NCBI GenBank assembly: GCA_964412965.1
Contig: CAYPQU010000001.1
Location: 91,771 to 144,550 of the forward strand
Direction: 5' to 3'
DNA from: an uncultured Candidatus Saccharibacteria bacterium
GTDB lineage: Bacteria; Patescibacteriota; Minisyncoccia; Phycocordibacterales; UBA9973
DNA length: 52,780 nt
Of this stretch, positions 26,837 to 37,082 are shown one piece after another. Within the stretch, counting starts at the first letter, position 1, and each line of letters opens with the position of its first letter. Position numbers and translations under genes: made by a program. The notes below the pieces were generated by a model. The model did no database searches. It had not been told where the DNA came from and saw only the letters and a list, made by a program, of their open reading frames with translations.

Positions 26837-27502
26837 TTACTCGATTCTTATTCCTTGGCTAATATCACCAGGATTAAATGTTTTATAAAACAATTCTACT
26901 ACTTGGTCTGTTTTTAATTCTGTGGCTCGGATACCCATCCTTCCCAGCCCTCCTATTACTACCCCTACCCTTTGATCTAGCTGAGTCCTTTTTTCTTCAA
27001 AAGATATTAATTCAGAAGCTTCTTTTGATTTATTACCAGTCCCTCCACCAACGTTAACACTTCTACTGGCCCCCTTTAAAAGATCATCAAAAATTTTTCC
27101 AGTTTTAATCGTTGTTTCAGTATAAGGAACTACTATAAAAAAAGTTTTTGTCATAATATTAACTTCGTCAGTGAAAGTTTTGATGAAATCAATATATTCT
27201 TTCGTTTGTATTTTTAATAAAGGTTCAACTTGGTCTCTCATTCTGTTCTCTAGCGTTAATAAATATGGCCTAATATCTAATCGTCTTGATTGAACACATA
27301 TTTGTACAGTAAAATCCAAACTGTTTAAAAAATTCTGGAACTCTCTGATTATTGCTATTTGCTCATCAGAAGATTTAAGAGATAAGTTTAAGGAAGAAGC
27401 AAGCAAAACTGCCCTAAGGCCACCGTCTTTCAGTACGATGATTCCGTTTCTAACTTCTTTTATTGGAACAAAGTCTTGTGAACTTTTTGCGTTAATAGCC
27501 AT
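26837..27502 (-). CDS. VirB4-associated (TraC N-terminal-like) protein
   Basis: GIIVLKDG.LRAVLL.SSLN..LKS.DEQ, FQNFLNSLDFTVQICVQSRRLD; sits between PrgI and VirB4. Confidence 0.65.
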   Translation of the reverse strand: MAINAKSSQDFVPIKEVRNGIIVLKDGGLRAVLLASSLNLSLKSSDEQIAIIREFQNFLNSLDFTVQICVQSRRLDIRPYLLTLENRMRDQVEPLLKIQTKEYIDFIKTFTDEVNIMTKTFFIVVPYTETTIKTGKIFDDLLKGASRSVNVGGGTGNKSKEASELISFEEKRTQLDQRVGVVIGGLGRMGIRATELKTDQVVELFYKTFNPGDISQGIRIE

Positions 27503-27566
27503 AATGTTTATGTAATTTATTCAATGTTACAAATTAATTGTAGCATTTTTAAGATATAAAAACAGC

Positions 27567-27974
27567 TTACCTTTCTTCTTGTTCTTGAATGTCTAAACTC
27601 CAAGCCAAATCTTTTAGTTTGCTTGTGGTTGTCATTGGGACAATGGTAGTTAATGTTGGTTCTATTTCCTCTTTTTTCTTATCTTCGGCATGAACCAATC
27701 TTTGTTTCCATATAAAAAGCTTATTTGAAAAAAGATAATTAAAACCAGCTTGTAAATAAAAAACAAAAGGCTTGCCGTTCACTTTGTAAAAAGCTAGAAG
27801 TCCTGTCAGGATCCCCAGAGGAACTATTAATAGAATTGCTGCCCAAAAAGGAAATACTTTGTATACTATGTAGATGAGACCCGCTCCTCCGGCCAAATAA
27901 ACAAATTGCTTAAAGGTTAGTGGTCCAAAAAGCTTGTCTTCTACGTCTATAAATTGTGGAACTTTAAATTGCAT
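27567..27974 (-). CDS. PrgI family (VirB3-like) membrane protein
   Basis: MQFKVPQFIDVEDKLFGPLTFKQF, two TMs, AFYKVNGKPF. Confidence 0.85.
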   Translation of the reverse strand: MQFKVPQFIDVEDKLFGPLTFKQFVYLAGGAGLIYIVYKVFPFWAAILLIVPLGILTGLLAFYKVNGKPFVFYLQAGFNYLFSNKLFIWKQRLVHAEDKKKEEIEPTLTTIVPMTTTSKLKDLAWSLDIQEQEER

Positions 27975-27978
27975 ATTT

Positions 27979-28968
27979 CTATATTATTTCCCTGTAAGGG
28001 TCGTGGTTTATTTTTGATGGCATGTCCACGCTGTCTTCGGTAATATCCTTATTGTCGTTATTAATTTGTGTTTTGGGTATAGAAAAATCATGACTCTGTA
28101 TGCCGCCTATGTTTGAAGTCATTGTCTTATCTGATAAAACTTCTTTGACGTTGTTTTTAAATAATTCTTCATTACCCTCAATGAATCCCTGCTTTTCTTC
28201 CAGTGTGTCTGTCTCTGCATAAGGAGGCTTAGGCGGTTCGTCATGATAAACCTCATTATCTTTTACTCTATTTTCTTTTGTGTATGGAGGTAGGGGCACG
28301 TCCAAAAGGTTGTCATCTGTGTCATCCTCCAATTCCCTCATTATGTTTCTGATCTCATTAAATATTTTTTCTGCCACAGAAGATACTATTTTTGAAGAGG
28401 TTTCATTATCTAGTCTGAGCAGAGATGAAATTTTTGAAGGATAATCACTATGAGAAATTTCGTTTTTCATGGTCTTGATAGTGATATCTTCCAGAATTCC
28501 GGATTGTTCGATGTTTAGTTTATTTTCCTTTGCAATCTCCAATAAAGATTCTTGCCATCCAGATAGGGATATTGCTTCCTGTACGGTTTGAGGTAAAACA
28601 TCAAACCTAATATCTTCCTCTGTGTCTATTATTTCTTGAGATAAAATTTCAGCAAGTTCTTTTTTTCTTCTTATTTCTTTATCTAAAAGATTCAGAATTT
28701 CTTTTATTGAAGAAATTATTTTTTCTCTTACAGAAGGATTATCTGTAGAATTTTTGATCTCTTCCTCTAGCTCATTCTCGTCGATTAATTTTACAATTCT
28801 TAAGTTAACCAAGAAGTTGATGTTGTTTGTAATATTTTCATCAAGCTCGTTTTGATCACAAAATTCCTTTATTCTTGAGTCAAGGTTTATTTTATTCATT
28901 GCCAAGATAACCTCGTCTGGAAGTTTTTCGAAAGCTGTATTAATTTGTTCTGATGTTAGATTAATCAT
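27979..28968 (-). CDS. Hypothetical acidic helical protein with an internal duplicated domain
   Basis: Two related units (FEKLPDEV..AM / FDVLPQTVQEAI) and a low-complexity Pro/acidic tail. Confidence 0.6.
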   Translation of the reverse strand: MINLTSEQINTAFEKLPDEVILAMNKINLDSRIKEFCDQNELDENITNNINFLVNLRIVKLIDENELEEEIKNSTDNPSVREKIISSIKEILNLLDKEIRRKKELAEILSQEIIDTEEDIRFDVLPQTVQEAISLSGWQESLLEIAKENKLNIEQSGILEDITIKTMKNEISHSDYPSKISSLLRLDNETSSKIVSSVAEKIFNEIRNIMRELEDDTDDNLLDVPLPPYTKENRVKDNEVYHDEPPKPPYAETDTLEEKQGFIEGNEELFKNNVKEVLSDKTMTSNIGGIQSHDFSIPKTQINNDNKDITEDSVDMPSKINHDPYREII

Positions 28969-31887
28969 TTAAGATGAACTTTGTTGTTGTTTTTCATATT
29001 TATCTATGGTTTCCTGTTCTTTCTCAATAATTTCTTTCTGTTTTGCTATAATGGATTCTTGCCTTTCTATGTTAGCTAGTAGCATTGCTTCTTTTTCTTT
29101 GCTCTTATTCTTTCTATCTAGGACACTAGAAATGTTCTTTATTTTAGCCTCACCATCTCTCTTTGTCTTATTGGCTTCAGCAAGCTCTCTTTGGGCGACC
29201 TGGCTTCCAGGATTTTGAGCTAAGATATTACTTAGTGAAATTATTCGAGCCTCTGCTTCTGAGACACTTTTGTTTACTTTTTCCATTGCTTGTTTAATGT
29301 GTTCTTTGTTGATATCCGCTATAGCTATTGGCTGACCTAATGTGTTCGCAACATCTTCCAGGTCTTTATTGATATCCTCCATTTCATTAGCAACATCTTC
29401 TTGACGACCCCTCATTTTTTCTATGATTTTTTCCACTTCTTCAACTTTGTTTTCTGCTCGAAGTTTGTTTTTTTCCGATAAGAAGTTTTCTTTGTGAGTC
29501 ACAGGTTTCTCGGCGTCAGGATCTTTTGATTTATCCTTTAGGTTTTTATCAATTCTGGCCATTGTGTTATCATTTGCGCCCCATACACCCCTCTTAAGAG
29601 ATTCTCTGTATGTTTGAACCTTTTCTCGATAAATCTGATCAGATGTTTTACCGTCGTTTTTATGTTTTTCTGTGTATTCTTTTTCGAACTTGTCTTGTTC
29701 TTTTTGATCAAAGGATTTACCCTTCCTGGCAAGTTCTTGAATCCTCTCGTTCTTCTCTTGATCCTTAATGTTGTTTTTATATTCTTCTTTGTATGCTTTC
29801 TCGTCGAAAGTACCACCACTATTCTCTACCTCGCGTTTTTTAGCATACATACTCCTCTGATACTTATCGTTGTATTCTTTTGCGGCGGCGTCTTGTTTTG
29901 CTGCTTCTGCATCAGAAGATTTTAATGTTTCAGCCATTTCTGTTTTCTTCTTTTCTACTCGACTCTGATAGTCAACATATCCTCCAGTCTTTCCTTTTCC
30001 AAGATTCTCCACTCCTGCTTCTTTGGCTACCTTTTTCCCAACATCTGTATTTCTTGCATCAAAACTACTCTTACTAGTAAAACTACCTATGTTTCTTAAC
30101 TGTCTTGCTCCCCACCCAGAGACACCTCCTTTGGCCGCTGCGTTTTGGAGTTTTTCGCTATTAGCAATACTTGCACCCATTTTACCTACCGTTGATCTCA
30201 TTGCAAAAGCACCTAGCCCAAGAGCTCCCCCAAGAGCTAATCCTCCGACCTTACCACCAATATTTCCAATCTTTGAAGTTATTGCTCCTGATATTTGTCC
30301 TGCTAGTTTAGTAGAGATTTTTTCAGCTTGTTTTAGGAGAACAATGATTACTATAAAAGGAATAATAACTGAAAGGACTTTGTTAAAATCAGTTAAAGAA
30401 GATGATTTTGTTAGTAGGTCTAACCCCATATTTGACTCCAAGAACATTACAATGATGTACATAAAGAAAACAAAGACAGGTGCCATAAAGGCAGCCTTAG
30501 TTGTTTCTGACCACCAACTAGACCACCCAACATAACTCCAATTTTGTGTTTCGGGTACCGTATAACTCAGAAAGGCTAGAGGAGATAAAACCATCGCGAT
30601 CCATAATCCAATAACTCTTCCTATGAAAGAAAGAGAGATTGTTAAAAAAGTCATCATTCCGACAAAGTTCACAATTGAAGCCATTATGGTGACAAGAATA
30701 AAAGTTCCAGCGCTGATGCCTTTACTTTCTTGTTCTATATTTGCCCTGGTTGTAATCTTCTGCGCATTGTCTCTGGCCACATTCTGGTTTTCTTGCAAAA
30801 GCAATCTTTGCGGATTGATTTTAGCAACTATTCCTTCAGACAATGGTATGTGTTCAAGTTCTTCATCTTGAGTATTATTTATTTCTCCACTAGCATCTTT
30901 TTCTCCTATAACAATAACTTTTGGATTATAAAACACTCTAGCCATTATATTTGAAGCATCGATGATTAAGTGTGTGGCAAAAAGACTAAAGTTTATTAAC
31001 AGACCAATTATTATTACATTTACAACACCAGCTTTATTTTTTGAACCACCAGAATCTAATATTGTAGTTAAAGCAATATAAAGAAGAATGAATATAAAGA
31101 ACATATTACAAAGATCTCTAACCACTTGCCAGCCCTCTGAAACAAAAGGTGTTCTATATGAACTATCGGAAACAGAATACATAATAGTAAAGTCCATTAC
31201 TGTACCTGCTAATCCAAAAAGGAAAGATGTTGGAACAAATAAAACATAGTAGAAAATTCTGGCAATACAACCCCCTATGTTTCTAAATCCGCAAGGTGGG
31301 AGATTTGATTGAGGAGCAACTCCTTCTGTTTCACCACTTAAATTTCCTCCTAAGCCAGTGTTTTCTGGTGTTGTATTTCCTTCTGGTAATGTCTCAGGGC
31401 CAAACTCCTGGGTCTCGATCACTATAGTATTCCCTGCAACATCTGGTTTTTCTAGGCCAAGATTACTTGTTTCTATAAGACTTTTTTCAAGATTAATGAC
31501 TAATTTGTATTGGGTCTCTGGTAATATTTTTTTATCGTCGAACAATAAGTCAAAAGGTTTTCCAATGTCTAGCTCCCTAATTGTTTTAAACTTTGTCTGA
31601 ATCTCTTTTTCATCTTTATCATAAAGGATGGCGGTGACTCTAATAGAAGCCTTTTCTGATCCTTTTAAAGACCTCCATAATTCAGAAACATTTTCTGCTT
31701 TTCCTACTGTGGTGGTAACTGTTATTGTCTTGTCTGTTACAAAAATAACATTATTAACATCTGCTCTCATTGTGTTTGCTCGAACTATTCTTGCTGAGAG
31801 TTTTTTGTTTAGAATGTCAATCGTAAAAGGCGCAAAGAATTGCATTATTACTGAAGATATTAAAATGAAAGGCAAAAATCTTTTCAC
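28969..31887 (-). CDS. VirB6/TrbL-like polytopic membrane protein with long coiled-coil C-terminal tail
   Basis: GWQVVRDLCNMFFIFILLYIA, LLINFSLFATHLIIDASN, LSPLAFLSYTVP...WWSET...AFMAP, 6-8 TMs, Gly-rich then K/E-rich tail; GTG start. Confidence 0.75.
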   Translation of the reverse strand: MKRFLPFILISSVIMQFFAPFTIDILNKKLSARIVRANTMRADVNNVIFVTDKTITVTTTVGKAENVSELWRSLKGSEKASIRVTAILYDKDEKEIQTKFKTIRELDIGKPFDLLFDDKKILPETQYKLVINLEKSLIETSNLGLEKPDVAGNTIVIETQEFGPETLPEGNTTPENTGLGGNLSGETEGVAPQSNLPPCGFRNIGGCIARIFYYVLFVPTSFLFGLAGTVMDFTIMYSVSDSSYRTPFVSEGWQVVRDLCNMFFIFILLYIALTTILDSGGSKNKAGVVNVIIIGLLINFSLFATHLIIDASNIMARVFYNPKVIVIGEKDASGEINNTQDEELEHIPLSEGIVAKINPQRLLLQENQNVARDNAQKITTRANIEQESKGISAGTFILVTIMASIVNFVGMMTFLTISLSFIGRVIGLWIAMVLSPLAFLSYTVPETQNWSYVGWSSWWSETTKAAFMAPVFVFFMYIIVMFLESNMGLDLLTKSSSLTDFNKVLSVIIPFIVIIVLLKQAEKISTKLAGQISGAITSKIGNIGGKVGGLALGGALGLGAFAMRSTVGKMGASIANSEKLQNAAAKGGVSGWGARQLRNIGSFTSKSSFDARNTDVGKKVAKEAGVENLGKGKTGGYVDYQSRVEKKKTEMAETLKSSDAEAAKQDAAAKEYNDKYQRSMYAKKREVENSGGTFDEKAYKEEYKNNIKDQEKNERIQELARKGKSFDQKEQDKFEKEYTEKHKNDGKTSDQIYREKVQTYRESLKRGVWGANDNTMARIDKNLKDKSKDPDAEKPVTHKENFLSEKNKLRAENKVEEVEKIIEKMRGRQEDVANEMEDINKDLEDVANTLGQPIAIADINKEHIKQAMEKVNKSVSEAEARIISLSNILAQNPGSQVAQRELAEANKTKRDGEAKIKNISSVLDRKNKSKEKEAMLLANIERQESIIAKQKEIIEKEQETIDKYEKQQQSSS

Positions 31888-31893
31888 AATTTT

Positions 31894-31902
31894 ATTATAA
31901 CA
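31894..31902 (-). promoter_or_regulatory. Internal extended -10 promoter of the VirB6-like gene
   Basis: TGTTATAAT, 6 nt before the GTG; a TTTCGCGAAA palindrome lies just upstream. Confidence 0.55.
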
Positions 31903-31968
31903 TTTTTTTCGCGAAATAACTCATACTTTTTGTTCGGAAAATTAAAAAACAGATATGCTACCAATGTG

Positions 31969-34023
31969 CTACCAAACATTAAGCAAAGCCTCGTATTCTT
32001 TTATAGGGAATGTATAAACCCATTCACACCCGGTCGCGTATCCTCTTCCGTACATTCGACAGGATTCAAAAGTTTTGAAATTACTACAGTTAAAGTTTTT
32101 ATTATGAGGGTCTGTTTTCCCCTTTCTGCAATATCCAAAAGTGTCACTTATTTGAGGTTTACAAGCCTCTGTTCCCGATAGTTCGGGGGTGCATCCTTGG
32201 ATTGCTTCTATTCCGCGATTTGCATACGGATCTTCATATAAATAATCAGCAATAGCTTTTTCATCCAAATAAGAACCTCTATTGTCGTAATCATACCAAG
32301 GGTTACCATATTTTGCTGTTGGGCCTGTATAACTAGGGCTACTTGTTTCCGCATAGCACTCTTTAATTAAAGTGTCTAATTGGCCGATAAAATTATCTTG
32401 ATCTAAAATATCCAAGTACACACTCGAAATACTTTCTTCTGACTGAAGGCTTGGTGCTATTAAGAAAAATTTCTTAGTTAAATCAGCTAGCTTGGCTTTC
32501 TCTTCCTCAGTAAAGGTGATAGGATTTTGTTCTATTAACAGACACTTATCTTCTGTTGGTGATTCGGATTCTGAATCGTGAGTCGGTTTATATTCGTTTG
32601 ATAAAATACCATCTATATGACAGTTTGGGTCTTCTATATCAATAAATTTATCACCATCATTATCAAGAGTGTCGTTACAAGCGTACGACAAAATTGATTC
32701 TGAGTTATAGTTGGGTGTATATTCTTTATTTAAATCACCTCCTACGTGACAAACAGGATCTTTTTCGTCTATCAATCCATCATTGTCGTTGTCTAAAGTG
32801 TCACTACATTCCGTTGAGTTTTTTGACTCTGAATCATATTCTGGCAAGTACTCTGCATTTAAATCACCTCCTACGTGACACTGAGGATCGTCGATGTCAA
32901 TGAGTCCATCCCCATCGTTGTCTTTTTCGTCACTGCACTCTGGTCTGCCTCCCGTGTCTGGAAGAACATTGGTTACCGAAAAAGTTGTCCATCCGCCACA
33001 GTTGTTGTCTTCAAAAGCTTCGTTTATGGAACCTTCATCAGATAAATCTTTTTTGTCAGCACATGCTCTTATGTAATAATTTCCAATCGAAGTAAAAGTA
33101 TTTTTTACTTTAGCTATCGCAGTATCTCGAGAATTGATTTGTGGAATAGTTGTTAATAAAAATAAACTATTAATAGAATTTCCTTCTTTTGTATCAGATA
33201 TTGTAAACAATACGTTTACGTCTTGTCCTGAATTTTCATTGCCCCTATTTTCTATAATTGAAGAAAGTTCAACTTCTGTATTGACGGGTGAGCTAATTGG
33301 ATAAACTATACCAGTAGTTAAATCCACTCCCTCAATTCCAAAATCAGGATCAAAAGGACTTACTGATTCTGAATAGTGATCAGGCACATATTCTTTATTT
33401 AAATCACCTCCTACGTGACACTGAGGATCTTCGATGTCAATGAGTCCATCCCCATCGTTGTCTTTTCCGTCACTGCAAATAGAGCTAGGATCAAAAGGAC
33501 TTACTGATTCTGAATAGTGATCAGGCACATATTCTTTATTTAAATCACCTCCTACGTGACACTGAGGATCTTCGATGTCAATGAGTCCATCCCCATCGTT
33601 GTCTTTTCCGTCACTGCAAAATTGATTGAATTTAAATCCATTACCTAAGAATTGAGAAAAGGAATTCCAGAAGGAATTAAAATCGGCTTCTGCAATTTCT
33701 ATTTCTCCTGACGCCCCTGCTTCTATGTTAGAAATAGCCTTACCGATACTATTGTCAGAACCTTTTTTAACTTTTCTAATGTCGCCATCTTTACCTGTTT
33801 CAATAACACTGTCTCCTGCACTAATGTATTCCTCAGCTATAACAAGCTCCCTTTTTAGATTTTCAGAAGTTTCTAGAGGGTTAAATATCTTAGTTAAAAC
33901 AGAAGAGGTTTTTACTCCGAAAGAATCTTTATTTTTATAAGCTAGAAACAGAACCAAGATTAGTACTATTAATACTAGTAGAGAAATTATTATTGCCTTG
34001 TTTCTTTTTTTCTTGTTTTCCAT
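31969..34023 (-). CDS. Membrane-anchored surface protein with five Cys/Asp-rich Ca-binding-like repeats and a CARDB-like domain
   Basis: N-terminal TM; 5 x C.D..DND.DG.ID..DP.CH; IENRGNENSG...YYIRACAD...INEAFEDNNC (CARDB-like). Confidence 0.75.
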   Translation of the reverse strand: MENKKKRNKAIIISLLVLIVLILVLFLAYKNKDSFGVKTSSVLTKIFNPLETSENLKRELVIAEEYISAGDSVIETGKDGDIRKVKKGSDNSIGKAISNIEAGASGEIEIAEADFNSFWNSFSQFLGNGFKFNQFCSDGKDNDGDGLIDIEDPQCHVGGDLNKEYVPDHYSESVSPFDPSSICSDGKDNDGDGLIDIEDPQCHVGGDLNKEYVPDHYSESVSPFDPDFGIEGVDLTTGIVYPISSPVNTEVELSSIIENRGNENSGQDVNVLFTISDTKEGNSINSLFLLTTIPQINSRDTAIAKVKNTFTSIGNYYIRACADKKDLSDEGSINEAFEDNNCGGWTTFSVTNVLPDTGGRPECSDEKDNDGDGLIDIDDPQCHVGGDLNAEYLPEYDSESKNSTECSDTLDNDNDGLIDEKDPVCHVGGDLNKEYTPNYNSESILSYACNDTLDNDGDKFIDIEDPNCHIDGILSNEYKPTHDSESESPTEDKCLLIEQNPITFTEEEKAKLADLTKKFFLIAPSLQSEESISSVYLDILDQDNFIGQLDTLIKECYAETSSPSYTGPTAKYGNPWYDYDNRGSYLDEKAIADYLYEDPYANRGIEAIQGCTPELSGTEACKPQISDTFGYCRKGKTDPHNKNFNCSNFKTFESCRMYGRGYATGCEWVYTFPIKEYEALLNVW
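33346..33620. repeat. Two identical 134-bp copies (141-bp period) within the 684-aa gene
   Basis: 33346-33479 and 33487-33620 read base-for-base identical; diverged copies near 32580-32940. Confidence 0.92.
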
Positions 34024-34025
34024 AA

Positions 34026-37000
34026 TTATCTACGGAAGGCACCATTGCCTTGATTATTATTTTGATCACTAAAAGCATCACCACCAGTATTACTAAAAGC
34101 ATCACCACTTGGATTCATGGTTCCACCAGGAGTGGTTGAACCTCTTATTATGCGAGAACAGTCTGGGTCTAGAGAGTCAGTTAACCCGTCAAAATCATTG
34201 TCTAATCCATCATAACATCTGTCCTCGGTATTTCCATCACCATTCATTATTTCTAAATCATCATAAAAAATAATTTGTTCGGTTTCTAGACAGCTAGAGT
34301 ATTTGTTTTTATAATCAGAGAGTTCCATAATTTTTCCTCCCCTTCTTTCTGCTTCTTCGTTTAGTATTTCTATCATTCTAGCATCTCTTCTCTGCTGAGC
34401 AGCTTTGATAATTTTATCAACCTCTGTTTTTATTTTTTCTAACTCGTAGACACCAGCTTGGACAGTAGCAATATTATCTTTATAAGCATTAATTTTATCA
34501 GTAATTTCCTGGTTATAATCCATAATTTGTCCAGCTATAGGATAGGCCACCTTCCCCACGGGCAGATAGGCACTGTTAGGGATTTTTTCTGCAGTATCTT
34601 CATGAATAAAATATTCTATATTTACTAAACCGTCTGTTCCATAAAGAAAATTAACAATCGAAGAGTAGTCTTTTTCAAATTGTTTTATTCCGTCTTCTAT
34701 TGCGGAAATAAGCATATCAACTTTTTCTATTAAATGATTTTCTTTTAAATTAATTTTCTCTGTTCTTATATTTCCTGTGTTGATTATTTCTCTCCAAGTA
34801 GAGGTATTGGATATCTTACCAGATCCATAAGTTACCATATCTTTAAAACCAACGGTTACGCCGTTTAGCATTGATGGTGTGTCTTTAAAGACATTTAAAT
34901 ATTTATCGAAAGTGTCTTCTCCAGGCTTAGCTATTCCAAAGTCTGTATATCCTCTTTTAAACCACCTTGCTTGTGTTGTCGTTGTTTTTAAAGAATACAC
35001 AAAATCTACCATGGCATTTTGGTATTCTTCAATATTTAGCAGCCAATTTCTGTTTGGTCCAGGAAGACAATAGTCTAACTCTCCTATTTTAGGCATGATA
35101 GAGGGAAGTTTTTGTAGTATTTCTTTGGCCGCAACGATGTAATCATACTGTATTTGGATAACACCTCTCTTTCTAATTGGATAAGTTTCTGAAATGCATT
35201 TACCCTCCATATTTGTTTTGCATTTTTTCCAATTTTGCCACTTCTCCCCGTCCCAAAAAGCTCTGTCTCCTACTTCCCAATAAGTGTATCCGTTATCAAA
35301 AAGTTTAGCTCTTCCGGGTTTAGATACCACATAATATACATTGAGCGGATAATTTATACTACCATCTGATTTAATCACTAAAGGTCCTATTCCTTCTACC
35401 AGGTTTTCTCTCGCCCCATTTTTCTGTGTAGCAATATTAGTAGTTACATCCCAAGTACCAAGATTATTCTCTTTTGTTATGCCAAAGATAAAACGATTTC
35501 CTAGATCTCTTGTTAAATCAAAAGAGCCATTTGTGTACCCAGTAGTAAGGGATTCCCCAGCATCTAATGCTCTACTAGTAGAAAGTCCTGAAGTCCAATT
35601 GAAGCGATCATCTTCGTAGACAAAGCTTTCTTTGGTGTTAATACCACTTAGCCCTTGAGATTCTAATTTGCTTACTAACATGGAAAAAACTGAGTTTAAC
35701 ACATGGTTAATGTCGTCAGCCAGCTCCAATTGTCTTTCTGGAGAATTCAAATAGTGAGAAGTCTTATCTTTAATAATACTTCCTGGGGTAACTGTTTCCC
35801 ACTTAATACACACTCTAGGCTGTATTGCTTTTGAGTTTGTCGTGTTTTGGTAATCAGTCATTTGTTTTCTGTAATTTTCTTGAAGATTTTTACATTCCTG
35901 GCTTCTAATGTCTTCACATATAGGAGCTAGGGGGGCTTTTGCACTGATCTGATCTTTAGTCTCTTCTTTTGAATACTCAACACACATTCTTTGACTTAAA
36001 AAACCGTCGTTTTGTATTAACTCTTCTTTTACTTCTTGTTTCCTTGTAAACGCATCTTCGTGAATGATATCTGAAGCACTCATGAAATATCCAAGAGGGT
36101 TATCGGCTTCATTTTGGGTAAAAGCTCCCCAAGCATCCCACCCTCCTCGATTAAAACTATCATAATAAAGTTCAACTGCTCTTCGGGACTTTTCTAGTTC
36201 TGTTTGCTTATGATTTTCCAGATTGTTTAATTGTTCATTAGACAAGTAGCTTCTAGGGTCAGTTACAAAATAGGATAACGTAGAGGTAAGATTTTGAAGA
36301 GCAGCCACCCCGCTTCGTTTTATACTTTTATCATTAACAAAAGCTCGAGCAAAAGCATTGCTATATGGGTAGGCTCCATCTGTGGTTGGCATTAAATAAT
36401 TAAGAGCTTCCTCAAAAAGATTTCTCTCTATATTATCAAGAAAACTTTGAGTGTTTTGGACAAAAAAAGGATCTCCTCCAAAACCAGAATTAACCCAATT
36501 GATAGCGTATCTCGTCATGGAGGTTAATTGATTTTTTGCTAGAGTAAAAGCCACTCCTTTTAGACACTGGGCATAGTCAAGTTCAGCTTTTTCCCTATTT
36601 TCTTTTTTGTTTTCCCAATAGTAATCAAAAGTTCCCATTGTGGTTTTCGTTTCGCTTTGACAAAGATATTTAATTCCATTAACAATTGCCGTAGTTTTTC
36701 CAGCTGATGGTGTTTGAGAAGTTTCTGTTCCGGCTGTTACGGTAGCTACTTTCCCTCCCGCTCTGTCGCATTGAGCTTTTATTTTATTAGTCAATTTTGC
36801 TCCCATCACTAAAGAATCCCAAGCTGAAGAAGTTAGGTCTGTGAATGCGGTGGAGAATGTGTTTACAAATCCTGTACAACCAAGTATCTGTCCAAACAAA
36901 TCAGCATTAACTATATCTGTAATTTTGACTTTATAAGGAGAAACTTTGCTGTTTGGATTTTCCCAGTTTAAAACAGCTGCCTCTAGTTTTGTTGCCCCTG

Positions 37001-37070
37001 AAAACAAAAAAATAAACAAAAATATTGTTAAACAAACTAATGATTTTAAATTTATTTGTCTATTAAACAT
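34026..37070 (-). CDS. Large exported Cys-containing protein of the T4SS-like cluster
   Basis: Signal peptide; MTRYAINWVNSGFGGDPFFVQN, GGWDAW, VTPGSIIK motifs; C-terminal CYDGLDNDFDGLTDSLDPDC repeat. Confidence 0.7.
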   Translation of the reverse strand: MFNRQINLKSLVCLTIFLFIFLFSGATKLEAAVLNWENPNSKVSPYKVKITDIVNADLFGQILGCTGFVNTFSTAFTDLTSSAWDSLVMGAKLTNKIKAQCDRAGGKVATVTAGTETSQTPSAGKTTAIVNGIKYLCQSETKTTMGTFDYYWENKKENREKAELDYAQCLKGVAFTLAKNQLTSMTRYAINWVNSGFGGDPFFVQNTQSFLDNIERNLFEEALNYLMPTTDGAYPYSNAFARAFVNDKSIKRSGVAALQNLTSTLSYFVTDPRSYLSNEQLNNLENHKQTELEKSRRAVELYYDSFNRGGWDAWGAFTQNEADNPLGYFMSASDIIHEDAFTRKQEVKEELIQNDGFLSQRMCVEYSKEETKDQISAKAPLAPICEDIRSQECKNLQENYRKQMTDYQNTTNSKAIQPRVCIKWETVTPGSIIKDKTSHYLNSPERQLELADDINHVLNSVFSMLVSKLESQGLSGINTKESFVYEDDRFNWTSGLSTSRALDAGESLTTGYTNGSFDLTRDLGNRFIFGITKENNLGTWDVTTNIATQKNGARENLVEGIGPLVIKSDGSINYPLNVYYVVSKPGRAKLFDNGYTYWEVGDRAFWDGEKWQNWKKCKTNMEGKCISETYPIRKRGVIQIQYDYIVAAKEILQKLPSIMPKIGELDYCLPGPNRNWLLNIEEYQNAMVDFVYSLKTTTTQARWFKRGYTDFGIAKPGEDTFDKYLNVFKDTPSMLNGVTVGFKDMVTYGSGKISNTSTWREIINTGNIRTEKINLKENHLIEKVDMLISAIEDGIKQFEKDYSSIVNFLYGTDGLVNIEYFIHEDTAEKIPNSAYLPVGKVAYPIAGQIMDYNQEITDKINAYKDNIATVQAGVYELEKIKTEVDKIIKAAQQRRDARMIEILNEEAERRGGKIMELSDYKNKYSSCLETEQIIFYDDLEIMNGDGNTEDRCYDGLDNDFDGLTDSLDPDCSRIIRGSTTPGGTMNPSGDAFSNTGGDAFSDQNNNQGNGAFRR

Positions 37071-37082
37071 TTTGATTATTTT

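Noticed and set aside
23591-33620. 54-bp and 141-bp periodic repeats as CRISPR arrays
   Set aside because: No unique spacers; periods are multiples of 3 and lie in frame inside long ORFs
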